Source of the DNA: Amphiscolops sp. MND2022
Lineage: Eukaryota
DNA: 64,000 nucleotides
Assembly: GCA_964187785.1 (NCBI GenBank)
Contig: OZ076409.1
Location: 66,714,001-66,778,000, forward strand
Direction of reading: 5' to 3'
The notes beneath the pieces were generated by a model that worked only from the letters and a program-made list of their open reading frames with translations, searched no databases and had not been told where the DNA came from. The position numbers and the translations under genes were made by a program. Below are positions 14,901 through 27,402 of this stretch, piece by piece. The first letter of the stretch is position 1. Each line of letters begins with the position of its first letter.

Positions 14901-17100
14901 GACATTACCCGGTAAAACAAAACTCCAGACTCGTACCGCTACATTTACAAGAAGATGTAGGACAAGAACTAGAGAGACTAGTAAAAGTGGGAAACCTGAA
15001 AAAGTTAAAAGCGGGGGATGACGATTGTTTTTTATCACCTGTACTAATATCTTAAAAGCGATAAAACGGTAAAAGTAGCATTAGACTCACGCAAGCTGAA
15101 TGATAGTTGTTTCAAAATGAGATCACACACGCCGAACATGGAAGAGCTACTAAACCAAGTTTCGTTAGAAACTGCTGGTTACCGAGCAGTACAACTATTC
15201 ATTTCCAAAATAGACTTGGACTACGCATACGGAGAAAAGGAAATATTCAAAAAAACAAGTCATTAGTGCATTTCGCACAAAACAGCTGGAAAATTTAACG
15301 GTTACTGTCGAGTCAAAGAAGGGTTTCACGTCATCCCTGAACGGACTTGCCAATATCCCCACATAAAATCAAGGAGAAATTCACAGAGCACTCGGATACT
15401 GTTACCGGCTTGGCTAGAAGACTTAATCCAGGTAACCCGCGGAAACAAACAGAAACTCAAGGAAAAACTGTTCGGCGTCCTATACAAACTTTTTAAAAAA
15501 GGCGGTAACCAAGCGAGGAAAGAAAATCTGAATTTTTTATGAATCAAACGAAGTGGTGGGGACACGAGATTGATGAAAACAGAGTCAAACAGAACGAACA
15601 AAAGGTGGAAGCTGTATGGAAATTAAAGCTTACGGAAAATACAAAAGAATTGAAGTCATTCCTCGGAGCGATACAATTCATGGCTCAACATTTACCGAAA
15701 CATTCGAAACGAACATATCGTTCGAGAAGTTTACTGAAAAGGAATGAACCATGTTAATGGGCAGACGAACTACAAAAAGACATTGGAAAAGTTCAACAAA
15801 AGTTATCCAAAGGACCATATCTAGCACACTATGCGAAACGAAGATAACATAGTAACAACAAATGCCAGCACAACCAGACTTTAAACACAATGGTATAACA
15901 TTGTGGCAGAAACAAGACGACGGGGATAGACCAAATGCCAAATTAGTGGATATCTAAATGAAACCGAAGAAAGTGTTCCATCGGCGAGGTAGAGCTACTA
16001 CTAGTAATGTGGGGCTTAGAGAATTCCGATTACGGAAAGAAAGAATACACGGATCATCAAGCAATAGGACCATGAATTAAACGGAACTGGTGTAATGAAC
16101 AAAACTGTGCGGGATTAACACGGTCGTTAGATCGATAAAGACGTTTTGACGCCCCAACACAGCATATTGCAGGTAGTAACTTAAACTTTGCCGAACAGCT
16201 CACCAGATATCAGGTAGAAGGAGCCACGGTGCAAGAACATTACAATGAAGAGTACGTAATTGACGTATTAACTGAACACTTTGAATTGAACTTGAAACAT
16301 GGATCGAAATTCAATGACCAAATAAAACGAAACGGAAACACAACCGATTTACGAAATGACAGTGCCACACGCGAAATCATGGACATCCTGAGACACCGAA
16401 ACAACAGTCCGAAAACACAAAAATTTGTGGTGCAGAGAAACGAATTATCACGACCTGGAATCCTAAGACGGCGGTAATACCACCGAACACAATGAACGGT
16501 ATTCGCGCCATCCCGGCCGAAGGAAAAACATCGGGAAGGGTCGCTGAGGTTGAAGTCGCTTTAACGAGGCGTGCAAACAGGCCGCCTGTTGGAGGATTCC
16601 AGCCACGACAAGAAGAACCCGAAAAAAAATCTCGAAGAAGGAGAAATTGACTACGCACCGGAAGACCGAAAATAAAGTGAGACTGGAGCAAACACCGCTA
16701 GCTAACGGAGAAATATATCCAAAAAACAGACACTGTTTACGGCGGCTGGACGGAAAGTATGGCCGGTGGGGCGAGATCCACGGAGACATACTCACTAGAA
16801 AGAACTAAAAACTAAATTGCAAAGCCGGAAGATGACGGACAGTGATACAGAAGACAATAACCAAGATGATGAAAACGAAGAGATGGCGAATACGACCGAA
16901 AGGTTGATATAGGTCACTTCCGAATGGGACGGGAAATATCCAAAAGAATCCGAAAGACGACGCAGAACAAATCCAAGCCGATGAAGAAATCTCTGGTGAG
17001 AATTTTGGACCAATAATACTGCGTTCTAACGGAAATGGTAATAAACCGAATAGATACGGTAGTGTACCTTATACAGAAAAATTCTGGGGCTAAAAATAAA
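12000..17100 (+). mobile_element. Degenerate Ty3/Gypsy element with internal tandem duplication
   Basis: gag (LIQEDFIWEVGPEVLYQIT; PCRFCNAPNWSPIHKCPA), protease FALDTVSPITILP, RT VALDSRKLND, ISKIDLDYAYG and ELKSFLGAIQF, RNase H remnant ~15850-16200. Boundaries approximate; LTRs not identified. Confidence 0.85.
12249..15419 (+). repeat. 1584-bp tandem duplication (12249-13835 and 13833-15419)
   Basis: ORF track repeats with a constant 1584 offset. About 8 substitutions seen. GAA microhomology at the junction. Confidence 0.97.
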
Positions 17101-18198
17101 AAATAGAAAATCATGTTTTTTCTTTAACAGATACAACGTTGAACCGAAATAAAGGGACGCCTCAACCGGAGATGATACAGAAGCCGGCAGACTTCTTATC
17201 GAATGAACCGGATTCGACACCACCCACCCAGCCATCTACTATATCTGCATCAAAGACACTCCAGTTTATCCGTTTCATTGTTCTTTACCGGTATCGGTTC
17301 ATGAGCATCATTTCTAGAAGACTACACGAGTTGTTCACCAACAAACTCAAAAGAACTTAGATTAGATATATTCATTTTGTGTGAACACTGAATACGATAA
17401 AGTACTACAAAAGAAAGCTTGTATTTTAACTTTTTTCCTTTTTATAGTTACTTAGTCGTAGAAAACAACACCGAGTTTGAACAGCCGCCATACAAAGTAA
17501 TCTAATAGGTATTAACTAAAGAAAGCTTGAACGATTAACCCAAGAAAATCGGATCTTACGTTAAATAATCCTAATTCGAATGGCCATTACAGGAACAACC
17601 CGTAAACTGCTTTATTATGACAGCAATAGAAACTTTCCCAGAACCTGAGGAAGAAAACGTTGTCAAAGAAGCTAGCCCGTCTGATGCCACCACACCATTT
17701 TAATCCAGGCACAGATAGATGCTTGTCCGATTTTACTTAACGCTGAACCAATCACAAATAGTTTGTTAATCTGGATTAACTGAATTACCCTTGCTGATGC
17801 CAATATCCTTTACTATTTTTGTGACCTCCCGGCTTACTATAAGGCACAAATGAGTTATCCCCCATTAATTGCTTTCCAGCAAATAAGGAACCCGAGTTGA
17901 CAACCCAGGGAAATCGATCGGTGGCCACTGATGCGCTATCGGCGGGATACAGTGGGCCACCGGAGGGCCGTCGATGAAAGGTCCTGAAAAGTTGGTTACC
18001 CTAGTTGAAACTGCAGGAAACTTTTACAAATACAGGCAAGCATTCACTGATCATTTTCGATAAATTTTGGAAAGTGGTAACGAGCAAGATCACTATTAAA
18101 GTCCTACAGAACGAAGTGAAAACTAATTCATTAAAAAACACTGTTGGATATCTAATGAGGTCTATCAGAAAATGAAATCAGAACCGCGGAAAAATCCG

Positions 18199-18576
18199 TT
18201 TTTAGGCGGCGCCTTTTCCCTTAAGGAAATAAGCCCGACTATTACAATGGGTAGTTTTTTTCATGAGTTATGAACTCTTGCTTGCGAAGTATTTTTACAT
18301 CATCTAAGAAACTCAACGGATCCAAAGGGTACTCCCTTGGAGTATTTTAGGCTCTGTGAGACTTTTTGTCGAAAAAAATTTTTCACCAAAGGATCCTTCA
18401 ATTTTTGATATTTTCCGACAGAATGGATGTTGAAAAAGCCCAAAGGGTCCCCCTTTCATTTTTTTGGCATTGTGAAACTTTTCAATTTTTTTTTCATTAA
18501 AGGGTCCCCAGTTCACCAATACTTGGACATTTTGAGCCTTAGATATGGCGCCGACTTGGGCCGTTCCTGGCTTGTT
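18199..18576 (+). mobile_element. Helentron/HINE-like non-autonomous element
   Basis: 5' TTTTAGGCGGCGC...GCCCGACTATTACA hairpin, internal AAAGGGTCCCC motifs, 3' GGCGCCGACTTGGGCCGTTCCTGGCTTGTT. Confidence 0.75.
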
Positions 18577-18799
18577 ATAGCCTTGGTTGGCCAACTCAAA
18601 TACAGTAGACACTAGCAGGGCTACCAACGAGCAGGCGCAAGAAAATGCCATCCACAAACAAATTATTACAGTCACCAAAAATTCGAGGTTAGATTTCTCT
18701 CAAGTTCCAACTGAAAAAAAAATCAGATGCCAAAAAACGGTGTTCTTGATATCTTCAGGAACGCCAACACAGCCAAACACTAGACACTAGCGAAAAAAC

Positions 18800-19023
18800 G
18801 GAATAAGATCTAAAAAGACTGAAAAACATCGGGATGAGATCTAGAATCACTGAGAAAAACACCGGAATCAGGTCTAAAATAACTGAAAAAACAATGGAAG
18901 AAGATCTAAAACCTATGTAAAACACCGGAAGAAAATCTAAAATTACCGAAAAACCAATGGAATAAGATCTAAAATTAACAAGAAACACCTGGAATAAGAT
19001 CTAGAATTACCGAAAAACCACTG
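18800..19023 (+). repeat. ~32-bp minisatellite, 7 diverged units (GGAATAAGATCTAAAATTACCGAAAAACACC)
   Basis: Directly visible. About 4 more units lie in the same orientation at 21174-21302. Confidence 0.9.
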
Positions 19024-19158
19024 AAATGATGTTACCACTTAGGTTAATATCGTTGTTTTGAACATTTCCAATCCTTGCGGATTTGCTAGGAGTATAAAAA
19101 CTTGGAGAATGTTTCACTTTCCTCACTAATAAGTTCTCCTGTTTTATGCTTGAGTAGT

Positions 19159-19413
19159 TTAAACATGTTCTCTTTGGGATTCCACAAGTAGATTTTTGAA
19201 CTCTGAAGTTAACTCTTCTTCCAAAGAAGCTCTCATGCTCTCTAAAGTGCTGTTTTCGTTTCTTGGAGATTTAGGGTGAGAAGGTCCCGCTATCATGACG
19301 TCTGGTTCTCGTAAACCTCCATTTTTAATCAAAATGGGAGAAACTACGTTCTCACTTACATTTTCGGCGCTTCCTTGAAAAGTGATCTTTCTCTTTTGAC
19401 CTCTCGTGGACAT
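19159..19413 (-). pseudogene. Probable retroelement gag N-terminal fragment (MSTRGQKRK...SLEEELTSEFKNLLVESQRE)
   Basis: M-x-T-R start with a basic patch and a coiled-coil tail, a pattern typical of gag/ORF1 N-termini. Inference only. Confidence 0.35.
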
Positions 19414-20467
19414 CTTGATTAGACATTGGAGATTGTCGATTTTGAATTGAGGTTTGCAGAAATTGTGTTTTGACAAAATTAAGTTAAGTTTAATACGAAA
19501 TCAATCAAGGAATGAATAATTTTACAAATGCAAACTATATAAACCCTCCAACCATCATTTGATCACGATGGTGTACATAAATTTTTCTTGAACAATTAGT
19601 TGTTTCCTGTGTTATTGGGGTGAAATTCAGTTAGATTCCAGATTCTACTTCGATATTTTGTGAAAATCTAAGCACAAGATCCTTTTTCTGATATTAGGCA
19701 TCAAAAATGATAATATCATTTCCTTCCAGCGTCATTTTTTCCTCCCGAGCAGGAATTAGATTCTACTTCAGCCTATCAAACCGGAATTGTTTCCCTGTTT
19801 TACTGCCTCAGTTCGCGGGACATTTGACGCAGAAATGACGCTGACGTGAACGACTAATACCTGATTTGAATTTCAACTTGAAGATAAATTTGACTAATTT
19901 CCAAAACGAAAATTTGATGTGATGCTGGGAAATAGAGAGAGAGCTCAAGAACATGGTGAATATTTAATTATTCTGGTCAACCAGTCCCCGTTATCAATTA
20001 CGCACAACAATAAGAATTAGGCGAACGTCATGACGACGACAATAACATCAGAAGTTATGTTTATGAAAGCAAGATTACTATTCTTCAGTAACCTTTCAAA
20101 ATTAAGGTTAACTTCTAACAAAAAATTCCAACAGGATATAATTAGATTTGTTTAGGACTGAAAAGTAAAAATCATCAAGAGTTTTGAGTATTGTACCAAA
20201 TGTAATAAAATGTGCAAAATACTAGCAGATCTATCTTGCACATGGCTTTAAAGTGTGACTTTTGCTTACAAAATGTTAAAATGTTTCGACTGCGTTATCT
20301 TCTTAAAAAGTAACGTTGGTTCAACGTAAGTATTTGATGTCCTTCATCTCCCACATTAATCGGCATTGTAATTGCCGCAAATTAGAGCTAGGTTTGTCTA
20401 GTATTCCCTTGCTAAAAGGGCAGATCTTTCAAATTTAATTCCACTTGCTTGCTTCTTTCATAAATTT

Positions 20468-20660
20468 GTGACGTAGTGTTGACCATGATTTGGAATGAAA
20501 TCTAGCTAACTGCCGTAACTGTGACGTAGTGTTGACCAAGACTTGGAAAGAACTTCAGCTAGCTTTGACGGGACCGTGACGTCACGAAGTAGCCTCTCAA
20601 TACTTCTTACGTTATAGTGACGTCAATCATATAAAATTGGCTGCCGCGGCCATATTTGTT
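20468..20660 (+). promoter_or_regulatory. Cluster of CRE/ATF (TGACGT) motifs followed by a TATA box
   Basis: 53-bp tandem unit starting GTGACGTAGTGTTGACCA (20468, 20521). Full TGACGTCA at 20577-20584 (within palindrome CGTGACGTCACG) and at 20618-20625. TATAAAA at 20630-20636. Confidence 0.4.
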
Positions 20661-21173
20661 TGTTTAACGACATGTTATCACTTTATTTCACTCTGGTTGC
20701 ATTTCCAAGTGCAATTAAGCTGCCTTTTTCCCTTGGGGCGTAATTCCTTTAGTGTACATCTCCATGTAATTACTACTATAGATCTGTCTAATATTCTTAA
20801 TCTAGGGTTGACTTTGGTTTATAATTTGTATTAGCCTATGAATTTGATCAGAAGACGATTTTCAATTTAGTTTTCAGGTAAAAAAATGTCTTTGTTTCTG
20901 GGTGGCTTAAATGTCTTGATGGAAATGCGTGATATCATTTCAATTTATTCAGTTTTGGTATTCATTTTCATTTTAGATTTTGGGACATTAGTATACGTTC
21001 CTGGTTAAGTCACAGTTCATTTTCACTAGAAAGGTTTACAAGTTTCAAAATACCATCTTGTTGATTTAGACATGCACCCGTGTCCTCTCCCGAACCTGAC
21101 TCGTTTACAGTTGCAACCCTGTCCGGGAGCGAGCTGTGAAAAATGGGATATTAAATCACTCATGAAAAGGACT

Positions 21174-21302
21174 GGAATAAGATCTAAAATCACCGGAAAA
21201 ACCACTGTATGAGCCTAAAATTACAAGAACATACCAGTGGAATATCTAAAGTCACCCGAAAAATTACTAGTGTAAGATCTAAATTCACTGGATAACCAGT
21301 GG
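21174..21302 (+). repeat. Second block of the ~32-bp minisatellite (~4 units)
   Basis: GGAATAAGATCTAAAATCACCGGAAAAACCACT and diverged copies. Confidence 0.75.
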
Positions 21303-22355
21303 AAAATGTTTTCCGGACACAATCTGAAACTGCAAACAGGATTTACGATACTTCAGAACCGGTCGTGATAATTTTCCCATTTTGTTTGGCTTTGATGAGT
21401 CAGGGCCGCGAATAACGTCTACAAGTATTTCGTGTAGTGAATCTTTTAGGTTGCTAGAAGTTCTGAACGTAATTTTCTTTTTCGAATTCTCCACCGATCT
21501 GTGGTCGATTGGTGGACCTTCGGTGGGAAAGCCTCCATGTAAGCTAATTTTCCCTCACCGGTGGCCATCGGTGGTCCACTGATGGTCACCGATGCATTTC
21601 CCTGGGTTATCAACTCGGGAAGGGAGAACGAGGCGTAAGAATTGACAGGTGTCACTCACTGTTTTATGTTAATTTACTGCGTTCAATACCTGTTAAAGTA
21701 GTCATTGATCTGTTCAATAATGTTCTTCCTTGATACTTTTAATATAATAGACTTCAGTCGTCACGTTTTTTACTACACATTCTTTTACTTTACTGAATGT
21801 ACCATAAACTGTCTGAGAGCAGTAAACTCTGAAAAATTCTTTCCATCGAAACAGTACAATAACCAGTTACAGTACCTCGTTTGGAATACAAAGCAAATCT
21901 GTTCCAATATTTCTAGATTTTGTCAAATGAAGGAATTTATTACGCTCAGTGGCCATCGCTTTTAAGGATTTCAGTTCATTGTCATTCACTTCGTCCTCTA
22001 TGATAGTAAACAAGATGAATTGCTTGGTAGCAGCCTGCCGAAAACTAGAAATCTTTTGACATCTTTCGACTCTAAGAGGTGTGAAAAATTCAATTTTCTG
22101 TAAATTTTTGGCGAAATAAACGAGTAAACGTTTATTTATTCAATTGTTCATATCTCAAATGGGAAAAGAGTTTTACTCTCTCAACTGTATTTTCTCTCAA
22201 AAATTGCCATGCTTTCTGAGTTGATGCATGTGACAAGAACAAAAAAGGTCTTTCACTGAATCAAACAACGAAAAAACAAAGGCTCTTCACATATGTATGT
22301 GGTGGAGATGTAAACGTGCGTACCTTGTTGAAACTGCTTGAACTTTTTGCATGTA

Positions 22356-22963
22356 CAGTACTGTGATTAAGAAAATCTCCCCGGGCGATTTTAGGCTCGA
22401 TTTTCTCGAAATCGAGTGAAAATTTCGAAAAACGTCAGAGATAAAAATTTCTTAGAATTTTGTCTTTAGTTTTTTACTTTTCTTCGACAACAATTGAGAA
22501 AGTTACAAATGGCTGATTTTGTGCAAAATTGGGACTTTTTGCCGTTTTTCCGATGTTTGACCGGTTTATCCAAAAGTTTTATGGCAAGTTCTATGCTCAA
22601 TTAACTACCACAAATCTACTGAATCTATAGATTTTTATCAACCGTTTTCACAATACCATGCTCGAAAGGTAAAATTTCGTCGATTTACATGTATTAAGAT
22701 GAGAAATTAACGTTTCCCGGAGAAAAAGTGCGATTGTTCTTTCATTTAGAATGTTTTTGAAACGAAAAGTATATCATTGACCTCTAGACAATCTGCAGAA
22801 TCCGATGAATTCAAAATTTTCAAAAAAAACTTGCCCAAAAATGGGAAAACAACACAAAGGATTTTACTTGATGTGCCAATCAAAATCGAAAGTAAGAGCA
22901 AATTATAATTTGTTGATAACGACGCTCAGCGCATAGGTGGAAGATTTCTTTATCACAATACTG
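22356..22963. mobile_element. Tc1/mariner-type MITE, TA TSD
   Basis: TA|CAGTACTGTGATTAAGAAAATCTCC ... GGAAGATTTCTTTATCACAATACTG|TA imperfect ~25-bp TIRs. Confidence 0.8.
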
Positions 22964-24658
22964 TACTTTAATGTTGCCTGTAACCTTTATTAAGGTTTTC
23001 TAAAACTCTTACGGACACTTTCATGTGAAAATATATTTCTGTTGTATTTAACTTTTATCAAGCGGCTTGAAAGATTCGTCAAAATTTTGGCAGCAATTCT
23101 AGGCCTCGAAGTTTTGCTGGTTTCGTTAAGCAGCAGCTATAATTTTAGAAGCAAAGAATTCGCTATCCATGTTACCGGTAGTTTAATGCAAAATAATATC
23201 AATTGCGTAATAAACCGCAATTTAGTGTCATATTCAGCGTCCTATTTGAGAGGCGGTGTCACATCAGATGAGTAGTTGAGAGAAGAAAGTGTGAATACAA
23301 AGTGATCGCGTCGGTAAGGACGTAGAAAAATTTCAAATTCAATTCCGTTATTGTACAAGATTTACCACCCGAGTTCAGTGAATTTTCTAGGTTTCAAACA
23401 AACTACCCTGCATGCAGGCCTGCAGCATGCAAAAAAAATCCAGCAGTTTCAACAAGGGGTACTATCAAAAGTGTCTCTGATAGTTATAATGTTCGAATTT
23501 CAAATTTCAAAGTTTCGACTTATTTTTTTTCAGTTTTGGTACCTGTTTTTGATTAGCATGATAATCCAGAGATCTAGGCTGCAAAATAGCTAGCTCCTTA
23601 GCCAGAGACCAACAATCGGATCACACGTGGAGAAATTATCGTTAATAACCTTGAATCGGAGTTTAAAAAATTAGAGGTTTGTGTTGAACAATTTGTTGAA
23701 CATCTGATTGGATTAGGAAATGTTTTGTTAATCACAGCACCATCACTCCATCACTTTTTAGTGGTATGGTCAATGAAAAAATAACTCATTCGGCTGAATA
23801 AATCAAAAACCAAATGAGCACTGTTGAGCCTGATTTTTGTGAACTTGAGCAAGTCACTTTGAATTCACAGCTTCAAGTCGACCATTCCTTGACCACTTAG
23901 CTGCAAATGGTACCAAAGCTTGCTATGAGGAAGGAGACAGTATCCGAGAGGGCGTCGACTTAGAAAAGCGGAACTGCCTATTCGGTGCCTACCCCGCGGA
24001 ATTGAGGAAACAAACTTTCTTTTTTGTTATTTCCGCCCACATATAATGGGGGAGGAAAATCATGATCTGTGTTGCGTTTTGTTTCCAAATTTTGCCAAAT
24101 CTCCTCTCAGTCAGTCCCTCACTCGGCTTCACTACTTGAATATTTTATATAGTTACTTGACCATTTTAGTTACTTAGTTATTTGAACTCCACTTGCCAAA
24201 TCTCCACCATGCCACAGTTGGCAGTGCGTCTGCCTGGCAGACACGAGGTCGTGGGTTCTTATTACATTTTCAGCGGAAAGTATCCCGTTGCTTTGAGGGC
24301 GTCTTGTTATTTTTGTCCTATGAATATCTACGCTTTGTTTGTCGCTGTTACAGCTTAGTTGTTTCGCATGCACAAGAAATGACATTAAACTGGTCTAATA
24401 CACTCCAGTTAGTGCCAGAGACCAACAAATACTTGACACCATGAGGTGGTGTTGGTTTCGAAAAATTTACAGTGTCCTATCGTTATTTTTAAAAACATAA
24501 TTTCATAAGAACTCTTTCATCGTATTACATTTTCAGCGTTGGATTTTTTAGAGAATCGAAGTCCTTCTTTTTTTCGAAAACATCCTCTTTCGATAGATGG
24601 AGTTGATTTTGGGATGAAGGCTGATTTCTGGATGCAAGTTCAGTGTCGAAAATTTTAA

Positions 24659-25633
24659 TTATACAATATTTTGTTGTATTATAGTTTTAATTTGCTCGCT
24701 TGCGTATTTGAACAACGCATCGTTAATTATGACTATGTCACCCATTAAAAACAGCTGGTCCAGAATCACCTCGAGACAAAGTCCAAATTCAAATTTGTTC
24801 ATTTTGGACAGCTGGTTCATCCGGTATAGCTTCCGGATATTTTCCAGAGTTATCCAGGCGCACTGGCTGGGTGCTGACATGAGGAATACAAACATCTCCT
24901 GGTTGGAGTCGATGATCCAGTATAGGAACAGGTTGGCCGTGTAACCTATTGGGTTTTTCAATTTAGGTGACTCCACATCAATGTGTTTGAGACAAAAACG
25001 AAAAATTAAACAACATGAAATGGAAAGCAATCTCAAAAATCGAAAGCATCAACTTTTTCTTTATAAATTAAGATATCCTAGGAAGAACCATTTCGTTAAT
25101 AATTTCAATTAGATTATGCTTCCGAGTTTTATTTACGCTTCTACTACCACTAAGTATCTAAAAATTTTGAGTAAGAAAGGTTTTTATATAACTAAGACCT
25201 TTATGAGTTGAGAAAGCAAATTTGCGAAACATTTCAGAAATAACGTTGACATTCCTGTTAGCCATTTCTTTGTTGTCTGATTTACATCTCCATTTTTATA
25301 ATCAGTCGTTTTATAATCAAATCTCGCCTACGTCTTGTTTCCGAAGAAATGTCGGTCTATTCGAAATACCCAATAACCTTTCAAGGGCAAATACTTGTGG
25401 CCTCTTAAACAGTCTCCTTCCCAAGAAGGAAGTTGCATGATGTTGTCGGCATTATTTGCAGCCAGGTCGAATCTGATGGAAGATAGAATCAAGTTGGTAA
25501 GTCTTTCTTGAAGTGTGAAATCTTCGTGGATATTGATGATACCATGGCGAATAGCTTTGTAGTGCAACCATTGAACCTGGGCCAGATCTTTGCCTGCTAT
25601 CTGGGCCACCAATAAACCAACACAATCAGACAT
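24659..25633 (-). CDS. Possible multi-exon host gene of unknown product (ORFs 25328-25633 and 24659-~24950)
   Basis: Two adjacent protein-like open frames, the first with an ATG start (MSDCVGLLVAQIAGKDLAQVQWLHY...; ...GYTANLFLYWIIDSNQEMFVFL...). They can be joined by a phase-1 intron AAG|gttatt ... cccaatag|GT. No family recognised. Confidence 0.35.
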
Positions 25634-26052
25634 AGGAAAGATTCGTTCCCGATTGAAAAGACAAAATGTGGTTCTCTATGACATGATATTGATATGATTT
25701 AATGAAGAATCGAAATTACACTGATATTGCATTAGTTTGCATTGAATTCATGCAATGAATTGTATACCAATCGAAGACAAATAAAACCAATTGTTGAGAA
25801 ACTGTGAACGAGAAATAACCAAACAACTTCTTTCCTTCGTTTTGATTTTGCTCTGAAGTTTACACCAATAGAAACAAGTCCATTCAATACCCAATCTTAG
25901 TTTGGATAAGCATTTTATTAAGGAAGTGAACAAGAATCTTCCTTTTAGGCAATTTTTAAGAGAAGATTTTCAAGAAAAAATTCAGAATAGATTTCGAAAG
26001 AAGTTTCTTATAATTCTCATCGGACAATCTTCATCAATAGAAGCAGTAAAAG

Positions 26053-26802
26053 ATGGTGAAATATCAGTTATTCCCACTTGATGGAGGAAAACGAGTACCG
26101 AACCAAGTTATTCCAGCGGCTGAAAGTGACAGCGACCCCACCTACGAATTATTTGACACCCAGGGTTACCTTTTCTGGTGTGTGATAGTTGGTACCATAG
26201 CGGGTCTAATCAACGGGTTTTTCTACCTGATACTCTCAACTCATCCTCACATGATGGACTTCTCTAGAATCCTGAAGCGATTAGCTTTAACTGACGTCTA
26301 TTTATTGTGTCTAGACGAAGCTTTTATTTCACTCAGCTCCGCCAATACCGAGGTTGATGTCCCGCAAAGCATACCATGTGAAATTTTATCCATGATTGTT
26401 GTGCTTTCACTTACCATCATAACCATAAGTTACGTAACATCATTCATGAACGCAAGGCGATTGCATAACTTTCTAGTTCAACGCCATGCATTACAGGAAC
26501 ATCTTACTACAAGACTTGAATCTGAATTCAAAGTCAAGTGTTCCAGGAAAACCCTTATCTGTATTTGCATGCGGTTGGTTCTGGTTATTTTCTTTCATAT
26601 TCTGTTCCAGGCTTTTTGGTGGATGTTTTTGTCTGGAGTCACGAATCTGGATCAACAAACATTGGCTTCCAAGTATGAGAAGCTTGTTCAATTACTGCCC
26701 GTGGTCAACAGCGCCCTTAATCTGGCTCTCTATTTTTTCACATGGTTCACTTTTAGTTCAATTGTTTTATCCAATCCTGACGAAACAGAATTCAGTGACT
26801 GA
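26053..26802 (+). CDS. Intronless class A (rhodopsin-like) GPCR-like protein, 249 aa, only ~5 TM segments
   Basis: TM1 ...GTIAGLING, TM2 LKRLALTD (LAxxD), hydrophobic CEILSMIVVLSLTIITISY, TM6-like LVLVIFFHILFQAFWW, TM7 VVNSALNLALYFF (NSxxNPxxY-like). Confidence 0.7.
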   Translation: MVKYQLFPLDGGKRVPNQVIPAAESDSDPTYELFDTQGYLFWCVIVGTIAGLINGFFYLILSTHPHMMDFSRILKRLALTDVYLLCLDEAFISLSSANTEVDVPQSIPCEILSMIVVLSLTIITISYVTSFMNARRLHNFLVQRHALQEHLTTRLESEFKVKCSRKTLICICMRLVLVIFFHILFQAFWWMFLSGVTNLDQQTLASKYEKLVQLLPVVNSALNLALYFFTWFTFSSIVLSNPDETEFSD

Positions 26803-27402
26803 TTTAAGTACTTCACAATGATGAAATGGGAATCTTTTTGATTTCGAAGTTTTTTCGAAGGGAATCTTTTTGACGGCTCGAACAGTCTTTTTAAACCTTG
26901 GAAATTACGCAAGTGCTATCAACTTATGCAATAACAATTACAAAACTCAATTAGTGATTATCTAATGACTGCTTGCAAAAAAGAAAATTGAAGCTCTTTG
27001 AAAAATATTCAAATGATTTGTACAAAATTTGAATGCTCTAAGCCGAAGTTTGAGCCAAAACTGACAAGAGCTGTATCGCGTCAATTTGTTTCCGTTACAG
27101 GCAAAAATTTGTGTAAAACCGCTCGTTGGACAAAAAAGATGGAGGATACGCTAATATCCTGTTGCAAAAGTCCCTATAAAAATTGAATACTTTTCATGTT
27201 TCAATGTTTCAAGGCAAACAATTGAGAGCTCTGTAAATTGAACAAAACACCCACTGAGCAGCGGTATACTTTCTGACTCGGTATAAATAGCTACGACCTA
27301 TTCTTAAGACTCGAGAGTGAAAACTTTTACACCTTTTAACTCATTTCACGCCTTGCTTGGAAAAACACAGAAAGAAATTTTATCCACACAAAGTGTGATC
27401 AG

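Larger units (their letters stand above)
17891..21619. mobile_element. Non-autonomous TIR DNA element (CCC termini, 2-bp TSD; CMC/EnSpm-like) with nested insertions
   Basis: Left CCCGAGTTGACAACCCAGGGAAAT and right ATTTCCCTGGGTTATCAACTCGGG (23/24 inverted match). AA flanks both sides. Subterminal ATCGGTGG/CCACCG motifs occur at both ends. Confidence 0.8.

Noticed and set aside
18800..19023. 32-bp repeats resembling a CRISPR array
   Set aside because: Units are contiguous with no unique spacers, there are no cas genes, and the context is eukaryotic. It is a minisatellite.
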